NCBI GenBank assembly: GCA_051003155.1
Contig: JBPCLO010000026.1
Span: 160,001-224,000, forward strand
DNA from: Fimbriimonadales bacterium
GTDB lineage: Bacteria; Armatimonadota; Fimbriimonadia; Fimbriimonadales; ATM1
Direction of reading: 5' to 3'
DNA: 64,000 bases
Shown: positions 49,379 to 59,579 of the stretch, one piece after another
How positions within the stretch are numbered: position 1 is the stretch's first letter
Layout of the letters: the number at the start of each line of letters is the position of its first letter
The notes under the pieces: generated by a model
Database searches by the model: none
Told to the model about the DNA's origin: nothing
Seen by the model: the letters and a program-made list of their open reading frames with translations, nothing else
Made by a program: the position numbers and the translations under genes

Positions 49379-49845
49379 AGGATGTCCACGCGCCCGATGA
49401 ATTGGCGGAGCGCACCCGCGGTGCCCTGTGCCTTCTCCGTTTGAACGACGACCATAACACAGTCATGCATATCGCCAACGTTGTAGATGGTGGCCCCGGA
49501 TTCGAGGACTATTTGAGCGATTCTGGCCATCAGCCCGCTTTCATCGCGAACGTTCGGAGAGCTCACTCGTATAACGGCCTTGCTGCGGTGATGGCTTGCC
49601 GGGAAACCCGAGGCTTTGAACGCATCCACCACATCCTGCTGAAGTTTCTCCTCGACGATGAATGAGATCTGAGCCTTCCCGATTTTCAGGAAGTCGACTG
49701 AAACCCCGGCGTCTTTCAACGTTTGGAGAGCCTTAGCGAAGCTGCTCGGCGAATCCGCTCCCTTCACTACGACAAGAGAGAAACCCGGCGTGACGTCGAC
49801 GGCGGAGATTCCGCGCTGGGTTTCGAAGAATGTCTGCGTTTGCAT
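49375..49845 (-). CDS. Stand-alone tandem ACT-domain protein
   Basis: Two ACT-like repeats resembling the aspartokinase regulatory part; stop overlaps the kinase start. Confidence 0.75.
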   Translation of the reverse strand: MQTQTFFETQRGISAVDVTPGFSLVVVKGADSPSSFAKALQTLKDAGVSVDFLKIGKAQISFIVEEKLQQDVVDAFKASGFPASHHRSKAVIRVSSPNVRDESGLMARIAQIVLESGATIYNVGDMHDCVMVVVQTEKAQGTAGALRQFIGRVDIL

Positions 49846-49997
49846 CGGCGAAGGCAAATTATAGCCAACGGACTGCCCTGCCAAGAGAAAACGAAAACCT
49901 TCGAAAAATGCAACGGCGGGTGAAAACGCGGCGTTCTAATAAATAAGAAGATCTCGGGTTCTCGAAAGAGGACTCCGAGGTCTTCCCTATTTGCCCC

Positions 49998-50246
49998 CTA
50001 ATCTTCCGAATGGTTCTTGCGATCTGGAAGCCGCGTAAAGTACTGCTCGTGCTTGCAAAAGGCGGCGAGCTTCCTCAATGCGCACTCGGCATCCTTGTCG
50101 AGAGTCATGTTCGCGAGCAAACACATCGACAACAGAGCGAAAGCCTCATCTTCGGTGAGGCTGAGCCCGGCGTGCCTTTCGTAATCTAATGCGACCAAAT
50201 TAACCGTCGGTGGGACTCCTTCCGATAAGTTCTTACGGCAATCCAC
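49998..50246 (-). CDS. Small hypothetical protein
   Basis: Helical 82 aa ORF in the same orientation as its neighbours. Confidence 0.5.
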   Translation of the reverse strand: MDCRKNLSEGVPPTVNLVALDYERHAGLSLTEDEAFALLSMCLLANMTLDKDAECALRKLAAFCKHEQYFTRLPDRKNHSED

Positions 50247-50301
50247 TACAGGTTGTTCGCGGAATCGGCCACCAAAAGTTTCGAGAGGGGATCGTGGGGG
50301 C

Positions 50302-51348
50302 CTAAAGGCGCACCGTTTTAGGTGTGCACAAGCGTCCCGAAACCTCGGCGAACACGGCGATCTTCTGCATCATTGACTCGAAAGCCTCCGGAGACAGTGA
50401 CTGCGCCGCATCGGAGAGCGCCTCGCGCGGGTTCGGATGAACTTCGACCATAAGTCCGTCCGCCCCGGAAGCGATCGCGGCGCAGGCCATGGTCGGCACG
50501 TATTTGGCGACGCCCACCCCGTGGCTGGGATCGACGATCACCGGGAGATGGGATATCTCCTTCAGCACCGGGACGGCGGACAGGTCGAGCGTGTTCCGCG
50601 TGTAGGTCCGGTCCAGCGGATGGACGCCGCGCTCGCATAAGAGCACCTTACTGTTGCCGTGCGCCAGAAGGTACTCGGCGGCAAGCATAAATTCGTCGAT
50701 GGTCGCCGAAGGGCCCCGTTTCAGCATCACCGGATGCCGGCTCTTGCCCGCCTCGATGAGGAGCGGAAAATTCTGCATGCTCCGCGCCCCGATTTGGAGG
50801 ATGTCCACGTGGTCGGCAACGAGGCCCACCATGTCGGGGGACATAACTTCCGAAATGGTCTTGATTCCCACCTCGTGGCCCACGCGTTTCATGATCCGGA
50901 GGCCTTCGTCGGCGAGCCCTTGGAACGCATAAGGGGAGGTTCGAGGCTTAAAGGCTCCGCCGCGCAATACCGTCGCCCCGCTCGCCTTGACGATCTCAGC
51001 GGACCTCTTTAGCTGGTCGTAGCTCTCAATGCTGCAAGGACCCGCCATCACGACGACCTCAGGGCCCCCGAATCGTACATCGCCTATTTCGACGATCGTG
51101 CTATCGGGGCGGAATTCTCTCGAAGCGAGCTTGTAGCTACGGCTAACTTGGGTGACCTTGCTGACCCCGGGCAGAATCTGGATCCTCTGCTCGAGGGGGT
51201 CTCGAAGGTCGGTGGGAATCGCGGAGGGAATACCGATCGCCATCACGCTACCGGGCATAAGCAGCGACTCGAGCTCGTGTTGATGAATAACGTCACGAAC
51301 GCCCTCTATCTCCTCCTGGGATGCTCCAGGCCGCATCACGACGACCAT
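50302..51348 (-). CDS. aroF: DAHP synthase (type I-beta)
   Basis: AGPCSIES, GGAFKPRTSPY, QIGARSMQNF, LCERG, DPSHG. Confidence 0.95.
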   Translation of the reverse strand: MVVVMRPGASQEEIEGVRDVIHQHELESLLMPGSVMAIGIPSAIPTDLRDPLEQRIQILPGVSKVTQVSRSYKLASREFRPDSTIVEIGDVRFGGPEVVVMAGPCSIESYDQLKRSAEIVKASGATVLRGGAFKPRTSPYAFQGLADEGLRIMKRVGHEVGIKTISEVMSPDMVGLVADHVDILQIGARSMQNFPLLIEAGKSRHPVMLKRGPSATIDEFMLAAEYLLAHGNSKVLLCERGVHPLDRTYTRNTLDLSAVPVLKEISHLPVIVDPSHGVGVAKYVPTMACAAIASGADGLMVEVHPNPREALSDAAQSLSPEAFESMMQKIAVFAEVSGRLCTPKTVRL

Positions 51349-51989
51349 TAGTATCGAATCCTCTTTAAGCCTTTGGGCATGCGCATAACCCTGATAGGAA
51401 AGCCGACAAAGTTTAGCGCATCTCGGTACAAGTCCATAACTGCCGCCGGCACCTCGCCCTGCTTGCGCCTGCGCAGCACCATCGCGAGGTCGTAGAACCA
51501 ATAGAACACCATCGCCGCCACGACGACAAAGATGGCGAACGCTTGGCTGAAGATAATGTCTGTGACGATCGTGAAGACGATCAGCGACACAGCCGTAAAG
51601 ATCATCGTCAGCATGAATCCGCCCACGAAGCTGTGGTCCCTTCCCGCGAACACGTGGTAAAGGGCGGCGCCCGTCCAGGCAGATCCGACCGTCCAGGCGA
51701 AGCCTGTTGCGTAGTCTGGGAACTCGTCCGCAATGAACGGCGTCCAAAGCGCGATCGCGGCAGTCGAGGAAAGGGCGAACAGAAGAAATACGAGAAACTG
51801 GAGCGGAGCGGGGGCGGACCTAAGGCTCGCTAACGCCGCCAAGGAACCGATTGCAAGAAGCCAACTCCCCTCAACGCCGAGGCGCGCGAGAAAGTCCAAG
51901 CCTTGTGGGCGCACCCAGATGGAGATGAGTATCACGAGCGAAAGCAGGCTGAAGAGATGCCATAAACCGACGCGCTTTACAAAGCGCAC
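51348..51989 (-). CDS. Bax inhibitor-1/YccA-like membrane protein
   Basis: About 7 TM helices, YD...AAVMDLYRDALNF. Confidence 0.7.
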   Translation of the reverse strand: MRFVKRVGLWHLFSLLSLVILISIWVRPQGLDFLARLGVEGSWLLAIGSLAALASLRSAPAPLQFLVFLLFALSSTAAIALWTPFIADEFPDYATGFAWTVGSAWTGAALYHVFAGRDHSFVGGFMLTMIFTAVSLIVFTIVTDIIFSQAFAIFVVVAAMVFYWFYDLAMVLRRRKQGEVPAAVMDLYRDALNFVGFPIRVMRMPKGLKRIRY

Positions 51990-52098
51990 GACAGAGGAGT
52001 AGTCGCCGCTTGCAACACTTCCCGGAACCGAGATTGGCTCCGGAAAGTAAGGTGAGTGTATCTGACCCGTCGAGCGTTTGCTCAGGCGCCGCGACCTT

Positions 52099-52569
52099 TT
52101 AGAATCGGAAGTGGGCGAAGGCCTTATTGGCGTCCGCCATCCGGTGGGTATCCTCGCGCCGCTTTACGGTTGCGCCCTGGCCCTTATAAGCGTCCATGAA
52201 CTCGCCACTCAGCTTTTCGATCATGCTCTTTCCGCTGCGCTTTCTCGCGTTGGTCACCATCCAGCGGATTGCGAGCGTTCTGCGGCGGGCGGGGCGGACT
52301 TCCTGAGGAACTTGGTACGTCTGGCCGCCTACCCGGCGAGGGCGAACCTCCATGACGGGCATCGCGTTTTGAAGCGCGCGCTCGAATATCTCGACCGCGG
52401 GTTTGCCTTCTTTTTCCTCGCAGATATCGAGGGCCCTGTAAAAAATCGATTCGGCCTTGACCTTCTTTCCGTCGAGCATGAGGCGGTTGATAAATCGCTG
52501 AGCTAGTTCCGAGCTAAAAATAGGGTCCGGCAAGATCTTCCGCTTGGGGGTGTGTCCTCTTCTTGGCAT
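52099..52569 (-). CDS. rpsG: 30S ribosomal protein S7
   Basis: [30 protein letters not shown]. Confidence 0.98.
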   Translation of the reverse strand: MPRRGHTPKRKILPDPIFSSELAQRFINRLMLDGKKVKAESIFYRALDICEEKEGKPAVEIFERALQNAMPVMEVRPRRVGGQTYQVPQEVRPARRRTLAIRWMVTNARKRSGKSMIEKLSGEFMDAYKGQGATVKRREDTHRMADANKAFAHFRF

Positions 52570-52572
52570 GGG

Positions 52573-52953
52573 TTACTTAGCCGCCTTCGGCTTCTTTGTG
52601 CCGTACTTGCTTCTGCTCTGCTTTCGATCGGCCGTGCCTGAGGTTTGCTGCGTTCCGCGCACGATGTGATACCTAACGCCTGGCAGGTCCTTCACCCGGC
52701 CGCCCCTGACGAGCACGACGCTGTGCTCCTGCAGATTGTGGCCGACCCCGGGAATGTAAGCGGTGACTTCCACACCGTTCACAAGGCGCACACGAGCGAC
52801 CTTTCGAAGGGCCGAGTTCGGCTTCTTCGGAGTCACCGTCCGCACGATGGTGCAAACGCCCCGCTTTTGCGGATTTCCTTTCAGCGCGGGCGCCTTCGAC
52901 TTCACTTTCGTGTTCTTGCGGCCTCGCCTGACGAGTTGGTTCACTGTTGGCAT
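52573..52953 (-). CDS. rpsL: 30S ribosomal protein S12
   Basis: [32 protein letters not shown]. Confidence 0.98.
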   Translation of the reverse strand: MPTVNQLVRRGRKNTKVKSKAPALKGNPQKRGVCTIVRTVTPKKPNSALRKVARVRLVNGVEVTAYIPGVGHNLQEHSVVLVRGGRVKDLPGVRYHIVRGTQQTSGTADRKQSRSKYGTKKPKAAK

Positions 52954-53060
52954 GTCGATTGAATTCTTCTGGGCCGCTCCCGAACAAGCGGCACTCGGGC
53001 AGGCATAGCCCACCAAGCGACGCATTTTGGCTTATTCAGGCACCTGATGTCAAGCGGAGT

Positions 53061-53921
53061 CTAACCGTGGAGCGAACCGGCAAGCTGTTTCCACCGCTTC
53101 AGGGCGTGCTGCCCGTAGGCATCCAGCTCCGGGTCCATCGCGAGCGGGGCTTGCCCGCAACGTTTGAGCACTTCGTTTTGGACAGCGGAATGAACTTCGT
53201 TCTTAGGATCCAGGTCGCATGCTAGTTGTATGGGTGCCCGGGCCTCCACCGGTCTCCCAGACGCGCAAAGGGCAGCCGCGAGCTTGGCATAAACGTCATC
53301 CTCGCCCGGCGAAAGCGCGAGGGCGGTGCGGAAAGAAGAAACGGCTTCCTCGGCTCGACCCATGTTGAGGAGCAGGTCGCCAAGCCAAATGCGATAAAAA
53401 ACGTCCTGCGGCTCGGCCAGTGCCGCTCTCGCAGCGGGTTCTACCGCATCCTTTGCCACACCTGCCGCGACAAGCGCATCGGCGAGCTTGAACCAATAGA
53501 ACGCGTTCCCGGGGTTGAGTTCACAGGCCTTTTTGAGCCTCATAATGCCTGCCCGATGCTTGCCGTATCGGCGGTAGACCTCCGCCAGGCCCACGTGGGC
53601 CTCGGGCTTGGACTTCCAATGCTTCAACAGTTTTTCGTATTGGCTGGCGGCTTGCACGCCCATCTCCGCGAGTTGGTAGGAGTCGGCGAGCCGGAGTCTG
53701 TTCTCGGGGTCCGCATCATCCTGCCTTACGGCGCGTCGGTAATGATGGATCGCGTCCGTGGTCTCGCCCTCCGCTAGCCGCTCGTCGCCGATACGGCGGC
53801 TCAAACCTGCGTCAGCGGCGTCCGCGCGGGGGAGCGGCTTCCTGCTCTTCGTTCGCTTTTGCGTCCCTAAATCTGATAGTAGGAACGCCTTCAAGTCAGG
53901 CAAATCCTCTTTCATCGGCAC
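53061..53921 (-). CDS. TPR-repeat protein
   Basis: Several 34-aa A/L/P-patterned repeats. Confidence 0.85.
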   Translation of the reverse strand: MPMKEDLPDLKAFLLSDLGTQKRTKSRKPLPRADAADAGLSRRIGDERLAEGETTDAIHHYRRAVRQDDADPENRLRLADSYQLAEMGVQAASQYEKLLKHWKSKPEAHVGLAEVYRRYGKHRAGIMRLKKACELNPGNAFYWFKLADALVAAGVAKDAVEPAARAALAEPQDVFYRIWLGDLLLNMGRAEEAVSSFRTALALSPGEDDVYAKLAAALCASGRPVEARAPIQLACDLDPKNEVHSAVQNEVLKRCGQAPLAMDPELDAYGQHALKRWKQLAGSLHG

Positions 53922-54037
53922 CTATATTATAACATTCGCCTGCGAGGCGGTCTATCCGCGATTTCTTGGCAGGAAATCGCAACGGAATCGGCGAAGAGAG
54001 TATTTTGCCCCTATTGGGCTTGATAATGGAGGACATT

Positions 54038-54619
54038 ATGAAAAAAGTGACGAGCTTTGCGAAGTGTGGACTGCTGGCTTCCCTTGCGCCAATGGCCCTT
54101 GGATTGGCCGGTTGCGGCGGAAGCGGGGGCGGGGTCCCGGCCTTTAGAGACGTCGAGATCATCATCAACTGGGAAGAAACCGAAGATATCGACCTTCAGG
54201 CTGCGCGAAACGACTTTCCGTTCGGGGAGACCGACAACATTTACTGGGGCAACCTCCAGGGAGGACCGCCGGCATGGGGTCAACACTCGGGAGACGAAAT
54301 TGGTGAGCCGGGCAGCCAAGAATCGATCACGTTTACGGCCAACGGAACGGAGGAGCCTTACAACGCTTATGTACACGGGTACGAGGTGACAAGCGGAAAG
54401 GCCAGCGTGAGGTGCCGCGTCTTCTTCGACAATGAGCAAAACCCTCGCATCGACGACACTTATCTCGTTGGTCCCAACGAGGTCATTCACTTCGCTCGTA
54501 TCCGGCGAGACGGCGTGACCGTGCCACCGGGCGACGTAGTGATCAAGGTCGAAAAGCGTCTAAAGAAACAGGCGCCCACCGCCCCTTCGGCTGGAGCGCG
54601 TAAGTCAAGCCGGCGCTGA
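54038..54619 (+). CDS. Lipoprotein (YfaP/DUF2135-like), paralog 1
   Basis: GGAGG SD, LAGC lipobox, W...DIDL, D...PGSQESI. Confidence 0.7.
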   Translation: MKKVTSFAKCGLLASLAPMALGLAGCGGSGGGVPAFRDVEIIINWEETEDIDLQAARNDFPFGETDNIYWGNLQGGPPAWGQHSGDEIGEPGSQESITFTANGTEEPYNAYVHGYEVTSGKASVRCRVFFDNEQNPRIDDTYLVGPNEVIHFARIRRDGVTVPPGDVVIKVEKRLKKQAPTAPSAGARKSSRR

Positions 54620-54705
54620 GGCTTGTAAAGTGAAAGGAATCGACGGCTGAGCCGTATTGAGTATTAGATGGGGGAGCGGACGAGGGTTCGCTTTCCGACA
54701 ATCAA

Positions 54706-55308
54706 ATGGAGATGAAGATGATAGACCTTACGAGCTTCAAGAAGAGTGGTTTGTTTGCGTTCTTTGCAGTTGCGACCCTGGGAGCCGCCCTGTTTGCCCA
54801 AGTTGGCTGCGGTGGCAGCGGAGGCGGAACGCGCGATATTACGGTTCGAATCGATTGGAATATGGATGAGGACCTTGATCTCGAGGTTTCTCGCAATGAC
54901 GGGAACTTTGGCGATGCTGACAATATCTCGGTGTTCAACCCGACTGGGGGACCGCCCCCCTGGGGTCAGCACTTGGGAGATGATCAAGGCGGCGGCGGCT
55001 TCAATTTCGAGATTGTCGAGTTCGTTGCCCGAGAGTCCGACGAACCGTACGACGCGTACGCACATGGCTTCGACATCACGTTCCCCCCGATCACCGTAAG
55101 GTGCAGAGTCTGGTACGACAACGAACAGAATCCGCGGATCGACGACACCTATTCCATCGACCATGACGAAGTTATCCACTTCGCTCGCATCCGACGCAAC
55201 GGCACCACAGTTCCTCCGGGCGACGTGGTTATTAAGGTGGAGAAGAGGCGGACGAAGGCAGCAAAGGGTGCCGATTCCCCGAAGTCTCCAGCCAAAACTC
55301 GCGGATAA
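54706..55308 (+). CDS. Lipoprotein (YfaP/DUF2135-like), paralog 2
   Basis: VGC lipobox-like site, W...DLDL; C-terminal half nearly identical to paralog 1. Confidence 0.7.
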   Translation: MEMKMIDLTSFKKSGLFAFFAVATLGAALFAQVGCGGSGGGTRDITVRIDWNMDEDLDLEVSRNDGNFGDADNISVFNPTGGPPPWGQHLGDDQGGGGFNFEIVEFVARESDEPYDAYAHGFDITFPPITVRCRVWYDNEQNPRIDDTYSIDHDEVIHFARIRRNGTTVPPGDVVIKVEKRRTKAAKGADSPKSPAKTRG

Positions 55309-55329
55309 TCCTACCTCTAGTTTCTTGTC

Positions 55330-55356
55330 GGCCCGAGGCGCTCGGCGCCTCGGGCC
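55330..55356. terminator. Hairpin between convergent genes
   Basis: GGCCCGAGGCGC-TCG-GCGCCTCGGGCC perfect 12-bp stem. Confidence 0.75.
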
Positions 55357-55362
55357 ATTTTC

Positions 55363-55812
55363 CTAATCCATCCGACGCGATTCCAGAATCAGGGTGACCG
55401 GCCCAACGTTCACCAGGGACACAGCCATGTCCGCGCCGTAGGATCCCGTTTCAATCGTCAGCCCGTTTAGTCGGAGACGATCCACGCAGGAGACGAACAG
55501 CCTCCGGCCGTCTTCGAAGGAGGCCGCTTCATCAAAGCTCGGGCGTCGCCCCTTCTGTGCTGTGCCGCAGACCGTAAAGTTGCTGACCATGAGAACTGAA
55601 CCTTGAACTTGAACGACGTCACGATTCAGCTTGCCGCCATCGTTCTCAAAAATGCGCAAACCAGCGATCTTGACCGCCATCCAATCGGCGTCCGCCTGCA
55701 AATCTCCCTTCGCCGCGCCCAGCAACACGAGCAGGCCCTGGCCGATCGAAGCCACCGTTTCTGCCGCAACCGAAACCGAGGCCGAGGAAACCCGCTGGAC
55801 AACCGCCCTCAC
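55363..55812 (-). CDS. dtd: D-aminoacyl-tRNA deacylase
   Basis: MRAVVQRV, SNFT, KGRRPSF, NVGPVT. Confidence 0.96.
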   Translation of the reverse strand: MRAVVQRVSSASVSVAAETVASIGQGLLVLLGAAKGDLQADADWMAVKIAGLRIFENDGGKLNRDVVQVQGSVLMVSNFTVCGTAQKGRRPSFDEAASFEDGRRLFVSCVDRLRLNGLTIETGSYGADMAVSLVNVGPVTLILESRRMD

Positions 55813-58037
55813 GACGCCGCTTTGCCGCCGAAGGTGCGCTGGATGCTGATGACATCCTGCATCGAGCCGATCTTGTTGATCACGCTTTGCAAGTGGTTCA
55901 CGTCTGTCACGTCGACCGTCATTTCCAGTAACGCCGTCTGGTTCGGAAGCGTCCTGACCTTCGCTGAACTAACATTCGTCTTAGATTCGCCGAAAATATT
56001 GCCGATATCGGCGAGCAATCCTTGACGATTGACGGTCTGAATTCGCAGATTCGCCGAAAAAGATCCCTTGCCATCGCGGGGCCAGTCCACCGGAATAATC
56101 CGGTCGGGATCGGTCTGCTCGATCGCGGCGAGGTTCGGGCATAGCTTCCGATGCAAAATCACCCCTCGTCCCTTTGAAATGTATCCGACGCACTCGTCGC
56201 CCGGCACCGGCAGGCAGCATTTGGATCGCCGAAATGCGATATTGTCCACGCCGCCGGGCGCGATCGAGACAACCTGCGCGATAGGCGAAACGTGCCGCGC
56301 CTTACGCTCCTGCTTGCGCTGTTCCTGCACGAGCTTCGTGACCGCACGGGTAACTCCCACATAGCCATCACCCACGGATGACAGCAGGTCGACGACGTTC
56401 TTTTTCTTAAGAGCGACCGCCGTTTCTGCGAGCTTCTGATTGGTCAGGAATTCCTTCGGGTCGTAACCCAATGTCTTCAGCTCTCGCTCGAGCGCTTCCC
56501 GGCCCCTTTGGGCGTTCGTCTCGCGGTTCAATTGCCTTAGAAAAGCACGAATCTTCGAACGCGCGTTGGCAGTTTTGGCTATTCGCAGCCAGTCTACGCT
56601 TGGTTGGGCATTGCTCCTGGTCATCACCTCGACGATGTCGCCGTTGTCGAGCTCGTGGTCGAGTTTGACCATCCGCCCGTTTACCTTCGCGCCAATGGTC
56701 TGGAGGCCCACCTGAGAGTGGACTCGAAAAGCAAAGTCCAAGGGCGTCGAGCCACGCGGCAGATCGATCACGTCGCCCTTAGGAGTGAACGCAAACACCT
56801 GCTCCGAAAACAGGTCTACGCTGATTGACCGTAGGAATTCGCTGCCGGTGTTGGCTTCGCTCGACCAGTCGAAGAGCTGCTGTCGAAGCTTGCCTAGCCG
56901 GGTCTGTTCCTCGACGTCCAACTTGGTCTTGACAGCACGGGCCTTGTATTGCCAGTGAGACGCAATACCGAACTCGGCCATCCGGTGCATCTCGAAGGTC
57001 CGCATCTGAACTTCCATCGGCTCGCCGTGGGGGCCGATGACCTTCGTATGGAGGGACTGATAACCATTCGATTTTGGCTTTGCGATGTAGTCGAAGAATA
57101 GGCCTGGTATCGGCTTCCACAGGTCGTGCGCAATGCCGAGCGCCTGGTAGCACTCGCTTTCCGTATCGAGCAGCACGCGGATTCCGATCAGGTCGTAGAT
57201 CTCTTCGAACTCGAACCCATGCACAGCCATTTTCTCATAAATACTGTAAAGGTGTTTCGGCCTCCCCTGAACCTCTGCGTTCCGGATATCAACAGCCTCG
57301 AGCCTTTCCTTAAGCTGAACGATCGCTTCAGAAAGCTCCTGTTCGCGCTCCTTTCGTGTTTTAGCGACCAGGGCGCCCACCTCGTCGAATTCCTTAGGGT
57401 GGAGGTGCTTGAAGGCGAGGTCTTCTAATTGCCACTTGATCTGCCAAATTCCAAGTCTTGCCGACAAAGGTGCATATATATCGAGGGTTTGCTGCGCAAT
57501 CTGGACTCGCTTCTCCTCACCCATCGCTCCAAGAGTCTGCATATTGTGAAGGCGGTCGGCGAGTTTTATCACCATCACCCGAAAGTCGTTGGCCATGGCC
57601 ATCAGCATCTTCCGCATCGTTTCGGCAAACCGAACCCTTTCTTCCGACGCCTGCCTGCTGGACGAGACCGGAATCGGCGGAAACTGCATTTTTGTGACGC
57701 CTTCCACGAGATTAAGAACTTGGTCCCCGAAGGTCAGCACGATCTGCTCGGAGGTCACCGCGGTGTCCTCGAGAACGTCATGCAAAAGCGCGGCGATAAT
57801 CGTGTCCTCGTCCATTTTGAGGTCGGCGAGGATTTGCGCAACCGCTAGCGGGTGCGTGACATACGGATCCCCGGTTCTCCGAACTTGGCCCTGATGCCCC
57901 ATCTCGGCGAGAAAATAGGCGAGCCGGATCTTAGCAACGTCAGCCATCGGCCTCTCTCGTCGAAGGGTCTCGACCAGTTCGAGCAGCCCCCCAGGCGCCT
58001 CCCACTGGTCGGGAATCTCGGGCTTCCCCGAGATCAT
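55809..58037 (-). CDS. rel: Bifunctional (p)ppGpp synthetase/hydrolase
   Basis: HPLAVA, LLHDVLED, KLADRLHN, YQSLHT, TGS and ACT domains. Confidence 0.95.
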   Translation of the reverse strand: MISGKPEIPDQWEAPGGLLELVETLRRERPMADVAKIRLAYFLAEMGHQGQVRRTGDPYVTHPLAVAQILADLKMDEDTIIAALLHDVLEDTAVTSEQIVLTFGDQVLNLVEGVTKMQFPPIPVSSSRQASEERVRFAETMRKMLMAMANDFRVMVIKLADRLHNMQTLGAMGEEKRVQIAQQTLDIYAPLSARLGIWQIKWQLEDLAFKHLHPKEFDEVGALVAKTRKEREQELSEAIVQLKERLEAVDIRNAEVQGRPKHLYSIYEKMAVHGFEFEEIYDLIGIRVLLDTESECYQALGIAHDLWKPIPGLFFDYIAKPKSNGYQSLHTKVIGPHGEPMEVQMRTFEMHRMAEFGIASHWQYKARAVKTKLDVEEQTRLGKLRQQLFDWSSEANTGSEFLRSISVDLFSEQVFAFTPKGDVIDLPRGSTPLDFAFRVHSQVGLQTIGAKVNGRMVKLDHELDNGDIVEVMTRSNAQPSVDWLRIAKTANARSKIRAFLRQLNRETNAQRGREALERELKTLGYDPKEFLTNQKLAETAVALKKKNVVDLLSSVGDGYVGVTRAVTKLVQEQRKQERKARHVSPIAQVVSIAPGGVDNIAFRRSKCCLPVPGDECVGYISKGRGVILHRKLCPNLAAIEQTDPDRIIPVDWPRDGKGSFSANLRIQTVNRQGLLADIGNIFGESKTNVSSAKVRTLPNQTALLEMTVDVTDVNHLQSVINKIGSMQDVISIQRTFGGKAAS

Positions 58038-58813
58038 TCGGCGACCTCCACGATGTAGGCTACACCACCAACGTCCGTTTTGGCTGCCAACAGAATTTGT
58101 CCCTTGCCCGTGCGACCGAAGAACTCGACCTTCGGAAAATCCGCCGGCGCACTCCAACTGATTTTCTGATCGGCGTTGTCTGCGATATGTACGATCCGCT
58201 GCCCTCCGTCGGAAGCCTCGAGCAGAAGCACTCCAGCTTTAATCGACGCCAAAATGCCTCGGGCCTCCGGCGCTTTGCCCACGAGCCTACGACCTCCATC
58301 GCGCTCCAAGCGAAATATTTGCCGGTCATACGACAGTGCGTAAAAGGCACCGTTCTGGGCTGGGCAAAAGTCCAAGAGCCACGGGAAGAACAATTCGTCG
58401 CCGTCCTTGCCGAGCATCGGTTCCACGTCGCTGCTGTCCGAAGTCTTCCACGCCATCGAGCCGCTTTGCAGGCAGAACAACACTCGGTCCTGGCCGTCGA
58501 CCCGGGCGATGTTCGGGAGCACGACACGGGTTTGCCAATCGCGAACTCCTTTGTAGGAATAGAGCCCCACCGTCTCCCTTTCATAATCGACGACGATCAG
58601 GCCCTTTGACGTCGCCAACAACTCGAGGTCGGGACCGAACTGCTCGGCGAATGATTGCATCTTTTGCAATTTATTTCCCGCGACCTTATACTTATCGATT
58701 CGTCCGGAGATTGCCAGATAGGCAAAGTCATGTGCATCCACCGCGAATCCCTTTGTGGGATCGGCCGGCAAGACGATAGCCGTGGCGATGAGCGCAGCCG
58801 CTATCGCAATCAA
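58034..58813 (-). CDS. Hypothetical secreted beta-propeller-like protein
   Basis: Signal-like N-terminus; overlaps kdsB stop and rel start by 4 nt each. Confidence 0.7.
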   Translation of the reverse strand: MIAIAAALIATAIVLPADPTKGFAVDAHDFAYLAISGRIDKYKVAGNKLQKMQSFAEQFGPDLELLATSKGLIVVDYERETVGLYSYKGVRDWQTRVVLPNIARVDGQDRVLFCLQSGSMAWKTSDSSDVEPMLGKDGDELFFPWLLDFCPAQNGAFYALSYDRQIFRLERDGGRRLVGKAPEARGILASIKAGVLLLEASDGGQRIVHIADNADQKISWSAPADFPKVEFFGRTGKGQILLAAKTDVGGVAYIVEVAE

Positions 58814-59538
58814 GCTCTCGCCCTCGCTTCCAGCAGGCGTCCGGCTTCTGCAGCTTGCTCCGGCGTGTCGACGGCGAGTGGCGTTCCTAGAGCGTAGGAC
58901 ATGTGGATCGCGATGCCGTTTTCCATGAAGCGAAGTTGCTCGAGAACCTCGGCCTTTTCGAGCGGAGTTGGCGCCCAGCCGGCGAAGTCTGCCAGAACGC
59001 GCCTGGTATAGCAGTAGAGGCCAACATGCTTCTTGGGCCGGTCGTTCATCTCACCGCGAACGAAAGGAATTGATGATCGAGAAAAGTATAGGGCCTCCTG
59101 TCGTAAGTTGATAACAACCTTGACGACGTTCGGGTTCGCCTCGTCCCCGGAATCGGCCCAATCGTAGACGCTGGCCATCTCCGCCTCGCCGCGGGCGACC
59201 GGCGCTGCGCACGCGTCAATCGATTCAGCCAAGATGAAGGGCTCGTCCCCCTGCACATTAATGTAGCCGTCCGCCGGCATCTTCTCGGCAACCTCGGCGA
59301 TCCGGTCTGTACCGGTGGGGTGGTCGTGCCGAGTCAAGACCCCACGAGCGCCAAACTTCTGAGCCGCATCCACGATGATTTGGTCCGGAGTCCCGATCAC
59401 GATATCCGCAGGAATCGAGGCTCGCTGCACGGCCTCGAAAACCCACTGTATCATCGGCTTGCCCGCAAGATCGACCAACGGCTTCCCAGGACACCGCGTG
59501 CTCGCCATTCTCGCCGGAATCACCGCGATCACTTTCAT
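58810..59538 (-). CDS. kdsB: CMP-KDO synthetase
   Basis: IPARMASTRCPGKPL, GTDRIAE, NVQGDEP, ALYFSR, LEQLR. Confidence 0.95.
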   Translation of the reverse strand: MKVIAVIPARMASTRCPGKPLVDLAGKPMIQWVFEAVQRASIPADIVIGTPDQIIVDAAQKFGARGVLTRHDHPTGTDRIAEVAEKMPADGYINVQGDEPFILAESIDACAAPVARGEAEMASVYDWADSGDEANPNVVKVVINLRQEALYFSRSSIPFVRGEMNDRPKKHVGLYCYTRRVLADFAGWAPTPLEKAEVLEQLRFMENGIAIHMSYALGTPLAVDTPEQAAEAGRLLEARARA

Positions 59539-59579
59539 ATGCGAATAATAGCGCGTCACCGGCTCCATAATTCTTCTCA

